IMG/VR virus record: IMGVR_UViG_3300007511_000013
Length of the DNA: 20,000 bases
Reading direction: 5' to 3' (one strand)
From: an uncultured virus (IMG/VR IMGVR_UViG_3300007511_000013)
Lineage: Duplodnaviria; Heunggongvirae; Uroviricota; Caudoviricetes
Shown here: positions 1-8,535 of the stretch, piece after piece
Position numbering within the stretch: the first letter of the stretch is position 1
How the letters are laid out: each line of letters starts with the position of its first letter
Made by a program: the position numbers and the translations under genes
The notes under the pieces: generated by a model
The model's input: only the letters and a program-made list of their open reading frames with translations
Told to the model about the DNA's origin: nothing
The model's database searches: none

Positions 1-1076
1 GCATGTACAACATATTCAATCGCGCTCTGGATAAAATCTCCCGTAACAGTATTGTGTATTATACCTCCTGGCTCGCCACCCGGATGAGTCTGGGCATAAT
101 GATCTAACCAAAGTATTCCATCGAACGCAACACCGTTGCTGCCATCATACAACCCATCGTGACTGATTATATTATTGAGAAAGAAATTGTTCCCCCCTCC
201 TGACGCTGTGGCGTAGTTGTACAGGTGCTGATTTATGTAAAAATTAACAGGCAAGGGCTCCCTACATCTAAAAAAGCAATTAGCAATCGAGCATCCCGAT
301 GTATTTATTAGAACTACTCCAAAGTATCCCCCCGGCCCGAGAGTATATCCAACTATATCTGGAGTAATGCGTAAGCCTACGATATCTATGGCATTATTGT
401 ATATATATATGCCACCAACGGCCGCCTGTTGCGCCGCCGTCGAAGATCCGGCGGAGACCCCGGGGACAAAAGAATAGCCACCCCCTGCTGTTGTACCATT
501 ATGCCTTTGATTGAAATTGCACTCTGTCACAGTATTTGTTGGAGTGAATATAATGAGCCGTTTCGAAGAAGATAATCCAAAACCATGTATTTGTATGATG
601 GAATTTTCAGTATCGTCCCCATCATCATAGCAGGCCACTAAAACAGAAACGTCCTTAGTTACCAGGTCGCCTGTCCCCAATGTTGTTGCCACGCCCGGAG
701 TCGCGCCATGTACGGCACTTGCCAGGGAATTAAAAGTTCTCTTTATACTTGTAACAGCAGTCGTAGTTGCTGCCGCTGGCATATCTCCGTTGGCCGCCAC
801 AACCTTCCATATGGAGGTAGATACTTTTTCATTTATATAAGCAAAATTACCGCCATATTCTATAACATCTCCAACACCTACATTTCCGATGACGGGAGAA
901 GAAAAGGTGGCTGTATAATCGCCCGGAGTAACAGTGACCGACACCCCCGCCGGCTTGAAATCGGCCGTTGAAACTCCTACACTATAGTATAGTTTTTTAA
1001 TAACTCTCTCTTTGGTTACCGTGGGAGTTTCGCCCAGGATAATTTCTTCGCTTATATTTCTTGTATAGCTGGCCAT
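1..1076 (-). CDS. Virion fibre/adhesin-like protein, probable beta-helix (partial, runs off the window)
   Basis: Not in the ORF track. Manual translation from the ATG at 1076 (3 nt after the 906-aa gene's stop) stays open to base 1, at least 358 aa: MASYTRNISEEIILGE..LYYSVG..GVGDVIEY..QRHNG..IDIVGLRI..CSIANCFF..NNFFLNNII..IIHNTV. G/S/T/N-rich with beta-helix-like rungs. Confidence 0.75.
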   Translation of the reverse strand, partial: MASYTRNISEEIILGETPTVTKERVIKKLYYSVGVSTADFKPAGVSVTVTPGDYTATFSSPVIGNVGVGDVIEYGGNFAYINEKVSTSIWKVVAANGDMPAAATTTAVTSIKRTFNSLASAVHGATPGVATTLGTGDLVTKDVSVLVACYDDGDDTENSIIQIHGFGLSSSKRLIIFTPTNTVTECNFNQRHNGTTAGGGYSFVPGVSAGSSTAAQQAAVGGIYIYNNAIDIVGLRITPDIVGYTLGPGGYFGVVLINTSGCSIANCFFRCREPLPVNFYINQHLYNYATASGGGNNFFLNNIISHDGLYDGSNGVAFDGILWLDHYAQTHPGGEPGGIIHNTVTGDFIQSAIEYVVH

Positions 1077-1079
1077 ATC

Positions 1080-3800
1080 TTAAATTATTACTCCCGTGAG
1101 TTCAATTATGTCTTCTATGGTGCCCCCATATGCTATATTTATCTCCTCTATAGTTCCCGCATACTCTGTGGTTACGTCTTCTATGGTGCCTGTGTATATT
1201 ACGGTGTCTCCGGTCCCTACTTTATTTTTAAGAAAAACTCCCGTCATCTTTATTATTTCTTTTGGTATTTTTCCATGTTCTCTTAGGAGAAGCTCCTCCA
1301 TAAAAATCTCTTCTTCTATTGCTTTTAAGAGACTCTTGTTCGTTGAATCAGACATCAATATACTGTCTGAGTTAACTATCTTGTAATCAATATATAACTG
1401 TACTTGCTCGCTTAAAGATAGGCCCTCAACATGTTCTTCAACAAAAGTATTGCTAGGATCAAAAGTACTTTCAGATAGGGCTAACCCGTCACTAATTGAT
1501 AGGGTGTAGTTGATGCCAACCAGCACTGTTTCGCTCATCAAAATAGAATCTGAAAAAACCTTTTCCATGCCTATAGAGGTTTTAACTTCTTCTCTTAATT
1601 TAATACCATCAACGGGAGTTTCCGAATAGGCAAGGCCCGAATAGCTCGGACCAAGGCTATATAGATACTCTATGTCGGCCGTTAATAATTCACTGCAAAA
1701 TAACGCGGCCTCGTCCACATCGGCCGCCAGTGCCCTTTCTCCCCCACTCGCCGCTCCTATTCCAATGTTCATAGATGGTGCTATCGGACCGCTCCCCGTG
1801 TCGCTGTAAATCTGAGAACCATTAAGGAAGACAGTTGGATACCCAGAACTGTTTACGGCAAGAACTATGTGATTCCAAGTTGCCACAGTTAAATCTACTC
1901 CGGTTGGAATCCACCTTCTCATCTCATAAAGGATTATTAACTGCCTTCCGTCCACATCAAAGGTGCCCGATGCGCCGCTCCCCCCCACTCCAATGCCCAC
2001 CCCTGTGCTACCATTGCCAACCTTAATGAATGCCCCGCCGGTATCTCCTGATATCCTAGTCCATACCGATATCGTAAAAGAACTGGAGCCAATGCCCGAG
2101 TTAGAATCTCCAAAGGCCCAGTCATCTCCGTCGAATGCAATATAGTGGGAGCCCCAAGTACTTCCGAGGGCCGTAGTAGCAAATGATCCATCGGCTAGAT
2201 CGGGCGGACTACCAGCATTATAGATGGCTTTTACTATTGCCGCGCCCAGAGCCTCGTTAAAAACCGCAACCTCATCAATATTTCCTCTGTAATTGCCAGC
2301 ATATCCATTTCCTATGAGAACATTTGCTGACCCCGCAACCGCCGCCGAATACGTGGCGTTCGCCGTCCGGACAAGAGCGCCGTTTATGTACCAATGAAGT
2401 TTCATGTTGGTAAGATCACGAACTATAGCTACATGATTCCAAACCCCCTGTGTTATCGTACTGGAGGTATTGAAGCCTTGATAGGGGCTACTATCTGCGC
2501 CGCTGGTCCCATAGAAGTAATTTAAAGTTCTATTAGTTTCTTGGGTTATGGTCCCCTCGCCTCCGTAAGCCTTATTGTACGGATTTTGTCTTCCCGCTCC
2601 AATATTGGATGGCTTAAGCCACATGGATATAGTTTGATCACCAGTTATTTGAAGCTTTGCAGGATTTCCAGTTATTTCAACTTGATCTGGAGAGCCTTCA
2701 AAATCAATTGAGTAATCTCCCAACGCTCCGGTCACGCCGCCGCTCTGATCCCAGGTGGGCCCTGACGAGATTGTGCCATCAAGAGAATTGCCAGCCGCAG
2801 ATGTGTCACCAAGCACCAGTCCAGTTTTTTCATTGAAGCGCCAATAAGCAACGGGGTTAGCCCCGCCGCTGCCTGGACCGCTGGTAGCGTCAAGCGGAGT
2901 ACCTCCTCCATACATGGCCGTCACCTGGGTTGCATCAAGGGCATAATTAAAAACAGCCGCTTCATCAATTCCACCGCGATAGCCCACCCCCGTATATCCG
3001 CTCGCATATCCATTGCCGATAGTTGCATTTCTCGTACTAGTGGAGGAGGAGTGGGCATTGGAAGTAGTGCTTGTCAGTGATCCATTGATGTACCACTTTA
3101 CATTGCTGGAATCTCTCGTCACCACTATGTGGTTCCACACGCCTTGAGTAACAGTGGAGCTACTGTTTGACCCCTGATAGCTCCCGCTTGGACCGTCTCC
3201 CCCACCCGATCCATGGTAAAAATTAAGTGTACCATTTGTTTCTTGGGTTATGGTCCCTTCCCCGCTGTATGCCTTATTATAAGGATTTTGCCGGGCAGCG
3301 CTTATACTGGAGGGTTTTAACCACATAGAGATCGTTAAGTCTCCAGTAATCTGAAGATCAGATGGATTTCCCTCTATTGTAACCTGCCCCGTTGTCCCAA
3401 AAATCAAGGCCGAGTCCGCGAAGGCGCCAGTAACCCCACCTCCCGGGCCCTCCCAGGGGGGAGCGCCAGTTATTGTCCCAGGAGCCGCAGGGCTTGTCTG
3501 AGATGAATCAGCAAGAACAGTTCCTGAACCAGCATTGAATTTCCAATAAGCTACAGGTGGTGTATCGCCGTACTGAACCAGTATATCTTCTTCTTCGCTC
3601 CCCTGATCAAGGGCAACTACCCCGGAGCCTTCATTGAAATCCCAGTAAGAACACGGATAAAGACCCAGAACGCCCTCACCCATAACCTCAACTCCGAAGC
3701 CGAGCATCCCGGTGCCATCACCGGTCTCCAGACTAAGGCCCAGCAGGCCTTCGCCGTCAGTGGTCTCTAGATAAACCCCGCTCGTTGACGGAAATCCCAC
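1080..3800 (-). CDS. Virion fibre/adhesin with three LamG (concanavalin A-like) domains and C-terminal short repeats
   Basis: 906 aa; GTG start overlaps the upstream TAG by 1 nt. LamG_3-type signatures three times (YWxFNxxxG, TISxW, WNHI/V, YING/FLNG, IDE/VDExAxF). Confidence 0.8.
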   Translation of the reverse strand: MGFPSTSGVYLETTDGEGLLGLSLETGDGTGMLGFGVEVMGEGVLGLYPCSYWDFNEGSGVVALDQGSEEEDILVQYGDTPPVAYWKFNAGSGTVLADSSQTSPAAPGTITGAPPWEGPGGGVTGAFADSALIFGTTGQVTIEGNPSDLQITGDLTISMWLKPSSISAARQNPYNKAYSGEGTITQETNGTLNFYHGSGGGDGPSGSYQGSNSSSTVTQGVWNHIVVTRDSSNVKWYINGSLTSTTSNAHSSSTSTRNATIGNGYASGYTGVGYRGGIDEAAVFNYALDATQVTAMYGGGTPLDATSGPGSGGANPVAYWRFNEKTGLVLGDTSAAGNSLDGTISSGPTWDQSGGVTGALGDYSIDFEGSPDQVEITGNPAKLQITGDQTISMWLKPSNIGAGRQNPYNKAYGGEGTITQETNRTLNYFYGTSGADSSPYQGFNTSSTITQGVWNHVAIVRDLTNMKLHWYINGALVRTANATYSAAVAGSANVLIGNGYAGNYRGNIDEVAVFNEALGAAIVKAIYNAGSPPDLADGSFATTALGSTWGSHYIAFDGDDWAFGDSNSGIGSSSFTISVWTRISGDTGGAFIKVGNGSTGVGIGVGGSGASGTFDVDGRQLIILYEMRRWIPTGVDLTVATWNHIVLAVNSSGYPTVFLNGSQIYSDTGSGPIAPSMNIGIGAASGGERALAADVDEAALFCSELLTADIEYLYSLGPSYSGLAYSETPVDGIKLREEVKTSIGMEKVFSDSILMSETVLVGINYTLSISDGLALSESTFDPSNTFVEEHVEGLSLSEQVQLYIDYKIVNSDSILMSDSTNKSLLKAIEEEIFMEELLLREHGKIPKEIIKMTGVFLKNKVGTGDTVIYTGTIEDVTTEYAGTIEEINIAYGGTIEDIIELTGVII
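1095..1200 (-). repeat. 33-nt (11-aa) coding tandem repeat YxGTIE(D/E)(V/I) x3
   Basis: YTGTIEDV / YAGTIEEI / YGGTIEDI; GTCTTCTATGGTGCC at 1110-1124 and 1176-1190 (66 nt apart). Confidence 0.85.
2187..3561 (-). repeat. Intragenic duplication of a ~234-aa LamG module
   Basis: LQITGDxTISMWLKPSxIxAxRQNPYNKAYxGEGTITQETN occurs twice; identical 20-mer GTTTCTTGGGTTATGGTCCC at 2536-2555 and 3238-3257 (offset 702 nt). Boundaries approximate. Confidence 0.9.
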
Positions 3801-5248
3801 TATCCACCTACTCCATCAGTTCTCTGGGTTATCTTCACCTGTACATATCGACCATATAGGCCCGAACTCGCAATATCTTCGTTGGCCAAGGTGGTGGACC
3901 AGGGAATGGTGATGTCATTCTGATTAAAAGACACGTTACTTAATCTGTATTCCACCTCTTGTTTATTGGGCCCCACCGCTCCCGGCGCGACATTATAGCT
4001 ATCTATTACGCGCGTCGGAGAATCTTCAGCGGCGACAAAATTTATCTTTTTTACCTTCCTCACATTGTTAAAATCCACAACAGGCGAAACCAGTATCCCA
4101 CTCCCCTCGAATCCCCCGTTTACTTTTACTATATTATTATTTGAAGGATCTATCATTGCCCAGGCGGTTCCAAGGCCCGATGCGGGCACACCGGCTATAG
4201 CCCATGTTCCGTCCGACTGGTAATTGTTCGACATTGTATGAGAAAATTCTATGGCTCCAAATCTGATAGCCCGCGTTGTGTTGTTGGACCATGCGGGCGA
4301 ATTTTTCTCCCACGACAAGAAGTTGCTAAGGGGTCCATAAGTCACCGGAAGCGGATCAGTTGTATAGCAATTGTCATATGCTCCGGACCACCCCTCTCGC
4401 CCATCCACATACGACTGTAGGCCCGACACGGAGGTAACGGCGCCGCTAGGATCTACTATATAATTAGTTACATTATAGTAAAAATTATCAACATGACCTC
4501 TCTCCGCCTCATTTGCGCCCCAGACGGTACCATTAAAACGCACGGGATACTGAGAGCTTTCAAAGAGCGTCCCTACATTGTAGTATATATTCCCCGAATC
4601 TTTTTCTACCTGCATATTGTCAGAGTCTATGACATTTGAAGTGCCAGCGCCATTATCGGTAATAATTTTATTACAATTATAAAAAATATTTCTATGAAAA
4701 CTGCACTTGGGTCTTATTATCCCAGGCCCAGCTCCACCTATCGTAGCACTAATACTGCATATGGTTCCTATGTTATCACAAATACAATCTTCTAAGAAGA
4801 GTCTGGAGTAGCGCTGATTGCCCGAGTTTGTTGAGCCACAGAACGGCTGCACTATGTGTCCGCAATTTACAAATTTACACCTGTAAGCCTTTACTATCAG
4901 GTACTCTAAGCCGCCGCTGTTCGACGTTACAGAGAATACGGACCCACTATAATTCCTAAAGGTAATGTCATAGAAGCGTAGATAGTCGGAATCGAAACCA
5001 TCATGGTAGGGGTCTCCAAAACACGCAGTATTCCCTCCCCCCTCTAATATAACTTCTCCGTGGCCGTAGATGTGCAAATTAGCCGCACTTCCGCCGGTGT
5101 CGCCCCACTCCATGTTAGATACTTCATATATTCCTCTGCCCACATGAACGGTTCCATCGTAGTTATACACAGCTGACGAAAAACTTCCCATGGCATCCGC
5201 CCAGCTAGTGCCGCCCCCCGTACCACCTTTTTTTACATACCTAGCCAT
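3800..5248 (-). CDS. Right-handed parallel beta-helix (pectin-lyase-like) virion protein, possible tailspike
   Basis: 482 aa; N-terminal YVKKGGTGGGTSWADAM..GTVHVGRGIY resembles beta-helix cap motifs; rungs such as FYDITFRN, AYRCKFVNC, LEDCICDN, FHRNIFYNC; C-terminal GRYVQVKI strand; SD-like AGGGGG upstream. Confidence 0.6.
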   Translation of the reverse strand: MARYVKKGGTGGGTSWADAMGSFSSAVYNYDGTVHVGRGIYEVSNMEWGDTGGSAANLHIYGHGEVILEGGGNTACFGDPYHDGFDSDYLRFYDITFRNYSGSVFSVTSNSGGLEYLIVKAYRCKFVNCGHIVQPFCGSTNSGNQRYSRLFLEDCICDNIGTICSISATIGGAGPGIIRPKCSFHRNIFYNCNKIITDNGAGTSNVIDSDNMQVEKDSGNIYYNVGTLFESSQYPVRFNGTVWGANEAERGHVDNFYYNVTNYIVDPSGAVTSVSGLQSYVDGREGWSGAYDNCYTTDPLPVTYGPLSNFLSWEKNSPAWSNNTTRAIRFGAIEFSHTMSNNYQSDGTWAIAGVPASGLGTAWAMIDPSNNNIVKVNGGFEGSGILVSPVVDFNNVRKVKKINFVAAEDSPTRVIDSYNVAPGAVGPNKQEVEYRLSNVSFNQNDITIPWSTTLANEDIASSGLYGRYVQVKITQRTDGVGG

Positions 5249-5287
5249 GCCGCCCCCTTTGATGAATAACTAGTCCTATCTTATATT

Positions 5288-5297
5288 AATACCCCTA
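5288..5297 (-). promoter_or_regulatory. Putative phage promoter element TAGGGGTATT
   Basis: Just downstream of a terminator and ~40 nt upstream of the 482-aa gene; exact copy at 12285-12294, 9/10 copy at 19739-19748. Confidence 0.5.
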
Positions 5298-5310
5298 AGG
5301 TTTTCATAAT

Positions 5311-5344
5311 AAAAAAAGCGCCGAGGCAAAAACCTCGACGCTTT
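5311..5344 (-). terminator. Rho-independent terminator
   Basis: Minus strand AAAGCGTCGAGG-TTTTTG-CCTCGGCGC-TTTTTTT: stem with one G-U pair followed by a U7 tract, downstream of the 165-aa gene. Confidence 0.85.
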
Positions 5345-5375
5345 AAAAGTCATACCCTATCTTTATATCTTTTTC

Positions 5376-5873
5376 TTACACGCCATCATCGCTTACTTTA
5401 ATTTGCCACTGTATTTGCAATGTATCATTATTTGTCTTGTTGACGGCCGCAAAAACTGTGCGAGCCAACATGGTGCCCCCCGAACTCGTCAAATTGAAAA
5501 TCCCAGCTTCTTCAATACCGGTTGAGTTCGCATCCGAGGTTCCCCAGTTAACAACTAGTTGCCACGTCGCTCCCGCTACTGAATTGGTACCACTCTTCCT
5601 TGACGCCGCCAAGACCGTCCCCAAGACCGTATCTGTTCCGGTTGCTGCCGTACTATCTTTTCCCAATTCTATCCATTTCATATCAGCCACCGATCCGGTT
5701 CCCATACGAGCCGCCACCCAATCCTCGCCCACATCCACCACGAGGTTATCTATATGACGCTCATCAATTATATTTCCAGTACGCGCATCACGTAGAAAAA
5801 CATTTACACGCCCCTTTAGGACCTTCTTATCATTCGGCATCTTGCTTACTCCTGATAATTTGAGTTGCGCCAT
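5376..5873 (-). CDS. Small virion structural protein, tail-collar/fibre-attachment-like
   Basis: 165 aa; NLVVDVG..IELG..A.GTDTVL..IEEAGIFN..GTMLAR..VNKT..L.I.W.I pattern resembles phage tail-collar/fibre N-terminal domains; precedes the fibre genes. Confidence 0.6.
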   Translation of the reverse strand: MAQLKLSGVSKMPNDKKVLKGRVNVFLRDARTGNIIDERHIDNLVVDVGEDWVAARMGTGSVADMKWIELGKDSTAATGTDTVLGTVLAASRKSGTNSVAGATWQLVVNWGTSDANSTGIEEAGIFNLTSSGGTMLARTVFAAVNKTNNDTLQIQWQIKVSDDGV

Positions 5874-5908
5874 GTTTTCCTACAATGGTAACATGTTCCC
5901 TTTTGCTA

Positions 5909-7390
5909 TTAGGTTGCGACAAGGTCAAAATCACTGTTTCTTTTATCCCAATTTTTGCTTTCATCGGCAATCGCTTCCTCTAATTCCTTGATGATATCTT
6001 CCGTGTTCGGGGTGTTAGGGTATTTATCTTTCACCAATCTTGCACACTGAAGAGCATCATTAATTCGACCCACGCTTCCGTATATAATACACAGTTTCTG
6101 AAGCGGCACCTCTCTATAGTAGGACTCCTGCACCCACATGGGAGACATCATCATTTCGACCGTAGAGGCCATCCTCAGATAATATATGGATTTATCAGGT
6201 CTGTCCTTTGCATATATATCTGCCAACATCACCATGTGTTCATTGCGGGGGACACTTTCCATAAAGCATTCTAGGAGAACTTCTTCTGCAGATTTCATGT
6301 CATTTAACTTCACATAGGCATGGGCACAGTTTATCCTAACTTGATACCGCTCCTCGTTCCAAGTAGAATATTTTAAATATCTTCGCCAATACTTCAATGC
6401 CTTCTCGTAGTCTCCTGCCTCATTATATTCATTGCCCACATAAAACATGGCCCGCGTATTATTTTTGTCCCTGATGAGATCTTTGAGCAAATTCTTTTTA
6501 TTCATATAGAAGCGTTGCTCTCGCCGGGCCGCGGCTCGTATGCCGCCCCGCTTGTGGATTGTTTTAATATCATAGAAGTTTGCCGTTATATTATTTTTGG
6601 GCACGCTACTGATGACGGCATTATGGCTATCATTTATGTAGTGGCAGCCACGATCCCCCCGCGTCAACCAAGGGAAGCTGGACATTTTCTCATTCTCCGA
6701 TATGTACCTCTTTACCCTTAGGAGGGTTACATAATCTTCTACATCTTTTATATTCTTAAAGGCGTCAAGACATTCTGGATCTAAATACTCATGCCCTTCT
6801 GTCATAAAGTTCCAATCACATGTGGATTTATCTATGCAGGCATTGCGGGCCTTGCAAAAACTATCTTTCCATTTAAAGTGGAAAACTTCGCTGGTATATC
6901 GAGAGGCAATTTCAAAGCTGTTATCATCTGTCTTATCATCTACTCCAATTATAATTTGATCTGCAACTGGCAAAAAACTTTCAATAACCTCCCCTATTGT
7001 TTCTCCCTCATTCCAGATGGGGAGAGTTAGAGACATAGTAAAGCCTTTGAGGTCAAAAGTTTTAGCTGCAATTCCGTCCGAGCACATAGTGAGGGACGAT
7101 TCTCCGCATATATTGAGGAGAATATCTCTCACATAGATGATATCAATGTCAGGAGGGAGATAGAGCAAAATATTGGCAGTTTTCTCGTGAAGCAACATGA
7201 GGCATTCGGCAATATGTTCCGTTTTGCTGAAGGTTCCAACTACCACATATAGGGCATCCTCTTCAATCTTGATTGGTTCATCTTTGCGCGGAAAAACAAA
7301 GTGGGTCTTATTAAAGTCATCCTTGTATTTATTATAAATATCAGAGAGGCTCCAGCGGCGGGTGGTGTCAGAGGGTTCAATAATAGACAT
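5909..7390 (-). CDS. Glycosyltransferase family 2 with C-terminal TPR repeats
   Basis: 493 aa; LTLPIWNEGETIGEVIES..DQIIIGVDDKTDDNSFEIA..WKDSFCKARN..DWNFMTEGHE is the GT2 GT-A pattern; TPR-like helices (RAMFYVGNEYNEAGDYEKALKYW); SD AGGAGG. Confidence 0.85.
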   Translation of the reverse strand: MSIIEPSDTTRRWSLSDIYNKYKDDFNKTHFVFPRKDEPIKIEEDALYVVVGTFSKTEHIAECLMLLHEKTANILLYLPPDIDIIYVRDILLNICGESSLTMCSDGIAAKTFDLKGFTMSLTLPIWNEGETIGEVIESFLPVADQIIIGVDDKTDDNSFEIASRYTSEVFHFKWKDSFCKARNACIDKSTCDWNFMTEGHEYLDPECLDAFKNIKDVEDYVTLLRVKRYISENEKMSSFPWLTRGDRGCHYINDSHNAVISSVPKNNITANFYDIKTIHKRGGIRAAARREQRFYMNKKNLLKDLIRDKNNTRAMFYVGNEYNEAGDYEKALKYWRRYLKYSTWNEERYQVRINCAHAYVKLNDMKSAEEVLLECFMESVPRNEHMVMLADIYAKDRPDKSIYYLRMASTVEMMMSPMWVQESYYREVPLQKLCIIYGSVGRINDALQCARLVKDKYPNTPNTEDIIKELEEAIADESKNWDKRNSDFDLVAT

Positions 7391-7436
7391 AGTACCTCCT
7401 ATGTATTTTTATTTTATTATAATATATTTGGAAATT

Positions 7437-7462
7437 AAAAAAGGGAGGAGTTTCCTCCTCCC
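7437..7462 (-). terminator. Rho-independent terminator after the major capsid gene
   Basis: Minus strand GGGAGGAG-GAAA-CTCCTCCC-TTTTTT: perfect 8-bp stem, GNRA loop, U6 tract. Confidence 0.92.
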
Positions 7463-7496
7463 CCTTGGGCTCTGCTAATTATTGCAGATGTCGATC

Positions 7497-8525
7497 TTAG
7501 AACGAGCCGAGAATAGCGCGACGGTTGTCAACGCCAGCGAACCCGACACGCATCCAGCCATAGTAGCCGGCGCGACCTTGGCGATGCAGTTGCTCGCCAG
7601 TCTCGAAGGTCTCCATCTCACCGCGCTCCACCATAAGGAAGGAGTCACGCTTCGAAAGGTCAAGACCCACAACAAGCTCCTCATCATTGTTGGTTGCCGT
7701 ACTGAGGGTGGCACCAAGAGTTGAAACAGTGTACTCTTGATATTCCTCGGCCGTACCGCCCGTTCCAGCGCCAAGTTCACGAAGCTCATGAAGATTCACA
7801 CCACCGATTGAGCCAACGCTCTTGAAGTCAGGTGCGAAGAACAGCTTCTCGCGAACATTGTCAGAAACCTCAGTCGTACTCCAGTTGCGGATATCTTCCC
7901 AGGCTTCGCTGGAGATGTAGAGATCCGTAAGATCACCGTTGCGAGTCCGACGCTTCTGGATGGTCTTCATACGATAGATGAGACCAGGCGTGAAGTTGCC
8001 AACTGCTGCCGCACTGTCTTCAATCATGAAGCCACCACTGTTAGCTGTTGCAAGGGCGACGTGCCAACCATCGTCATTAAGTCGCTTCGTAAAGCCAGAC
8101 TTGTAGACATCGAGGGCTCGTGCAATCACATCCCAGCGAGAGTCACGGGCATAATCCAGGTCCCAGTCGATCGCATTGGCGATCTTGTAGGTTTGGATAA
8201 AAAGCTCGTCACCTTCCACATGCTTCTCAGGAACCCGACCCTGCTTTGGCATGGTAAAGGAGACAAAGTCATCCTCGGTGCCAGGAGCAATAAAGTCAAG
8301 TGGGAAGCGCGGGGTAGCTCCGGCTTCAACCGGAACTCGCGTATAAATGTCTCCGAGAGTATCCTCGTCAAAGACAGCCTGTTTAAGGACTGGCGCAAAC
8401 TGCTGAGCGAATGCACGGAGATACTGCTGAGACTCTGCCCGATCGGCGCTCGCAGTCTTCTTGAGCACATCCGTAGCTTCTTTCGAAGCCAGTGCCTTTC
8501 TAAGATCAATCATGCTCTTTTTCAT
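7497..8525 (-). CDS. Major capsid protein (HK97-fold expected)
   Basis: About 342 aa from the ATG at 8525 (or 8528) behind SD AAGGAGGT; follows protease and decoration genes and precedes a strong terminator; C-terminal GYYGWMRVGFAGVDNRRAI is typical of capsid termini. Confidence 0.85.
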   Translation of the reverse strand: MKKSMIDLRKALASKEATDVLKKTASADRAESQQYLRAFAQQFAPVLKQAVFDEDTLGDIYTRVPVEAGATPRFPLDFIAPGTEDDFVSFTMPKQGRVPEKHVEGDELFIQTYKIANAIDWDLDYARDSRWDVIARALDVYKSGFTKRLNDDGWHVALATANSGGFMIEDSAAAVGNFTPGLIYRMKTIQKRRTRNGDLTDLYISSEAWEDIRNWSTTEVSDNVREKLFFAPDFKSVGSIGGVNLHELRELGAGTGGTAEEYQEYTVSTLGATLSTATNNDEELVVGLDLSKRDSFLMVERGEMETFETGEQLHRQGRAGYYGWMRVGFAGVDNRRAILGSF

Positions 8526-8535
8526 CATTACCTCC

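Noticed and set aside
2187..3561. Diversity-generating retroelement template/variable repeat pair
   Set aside because: Both copies are in-frame domains of one gene, differences are not adenine-specific, and no reverse transcriptase is in the window.
7475..7789. Frameshift-extended capsid via the overlapping minus-strand ORF
   Set aside because: No slippery sequence near the capsid stop, and the alternative frame would add only a few residues before the terminator.
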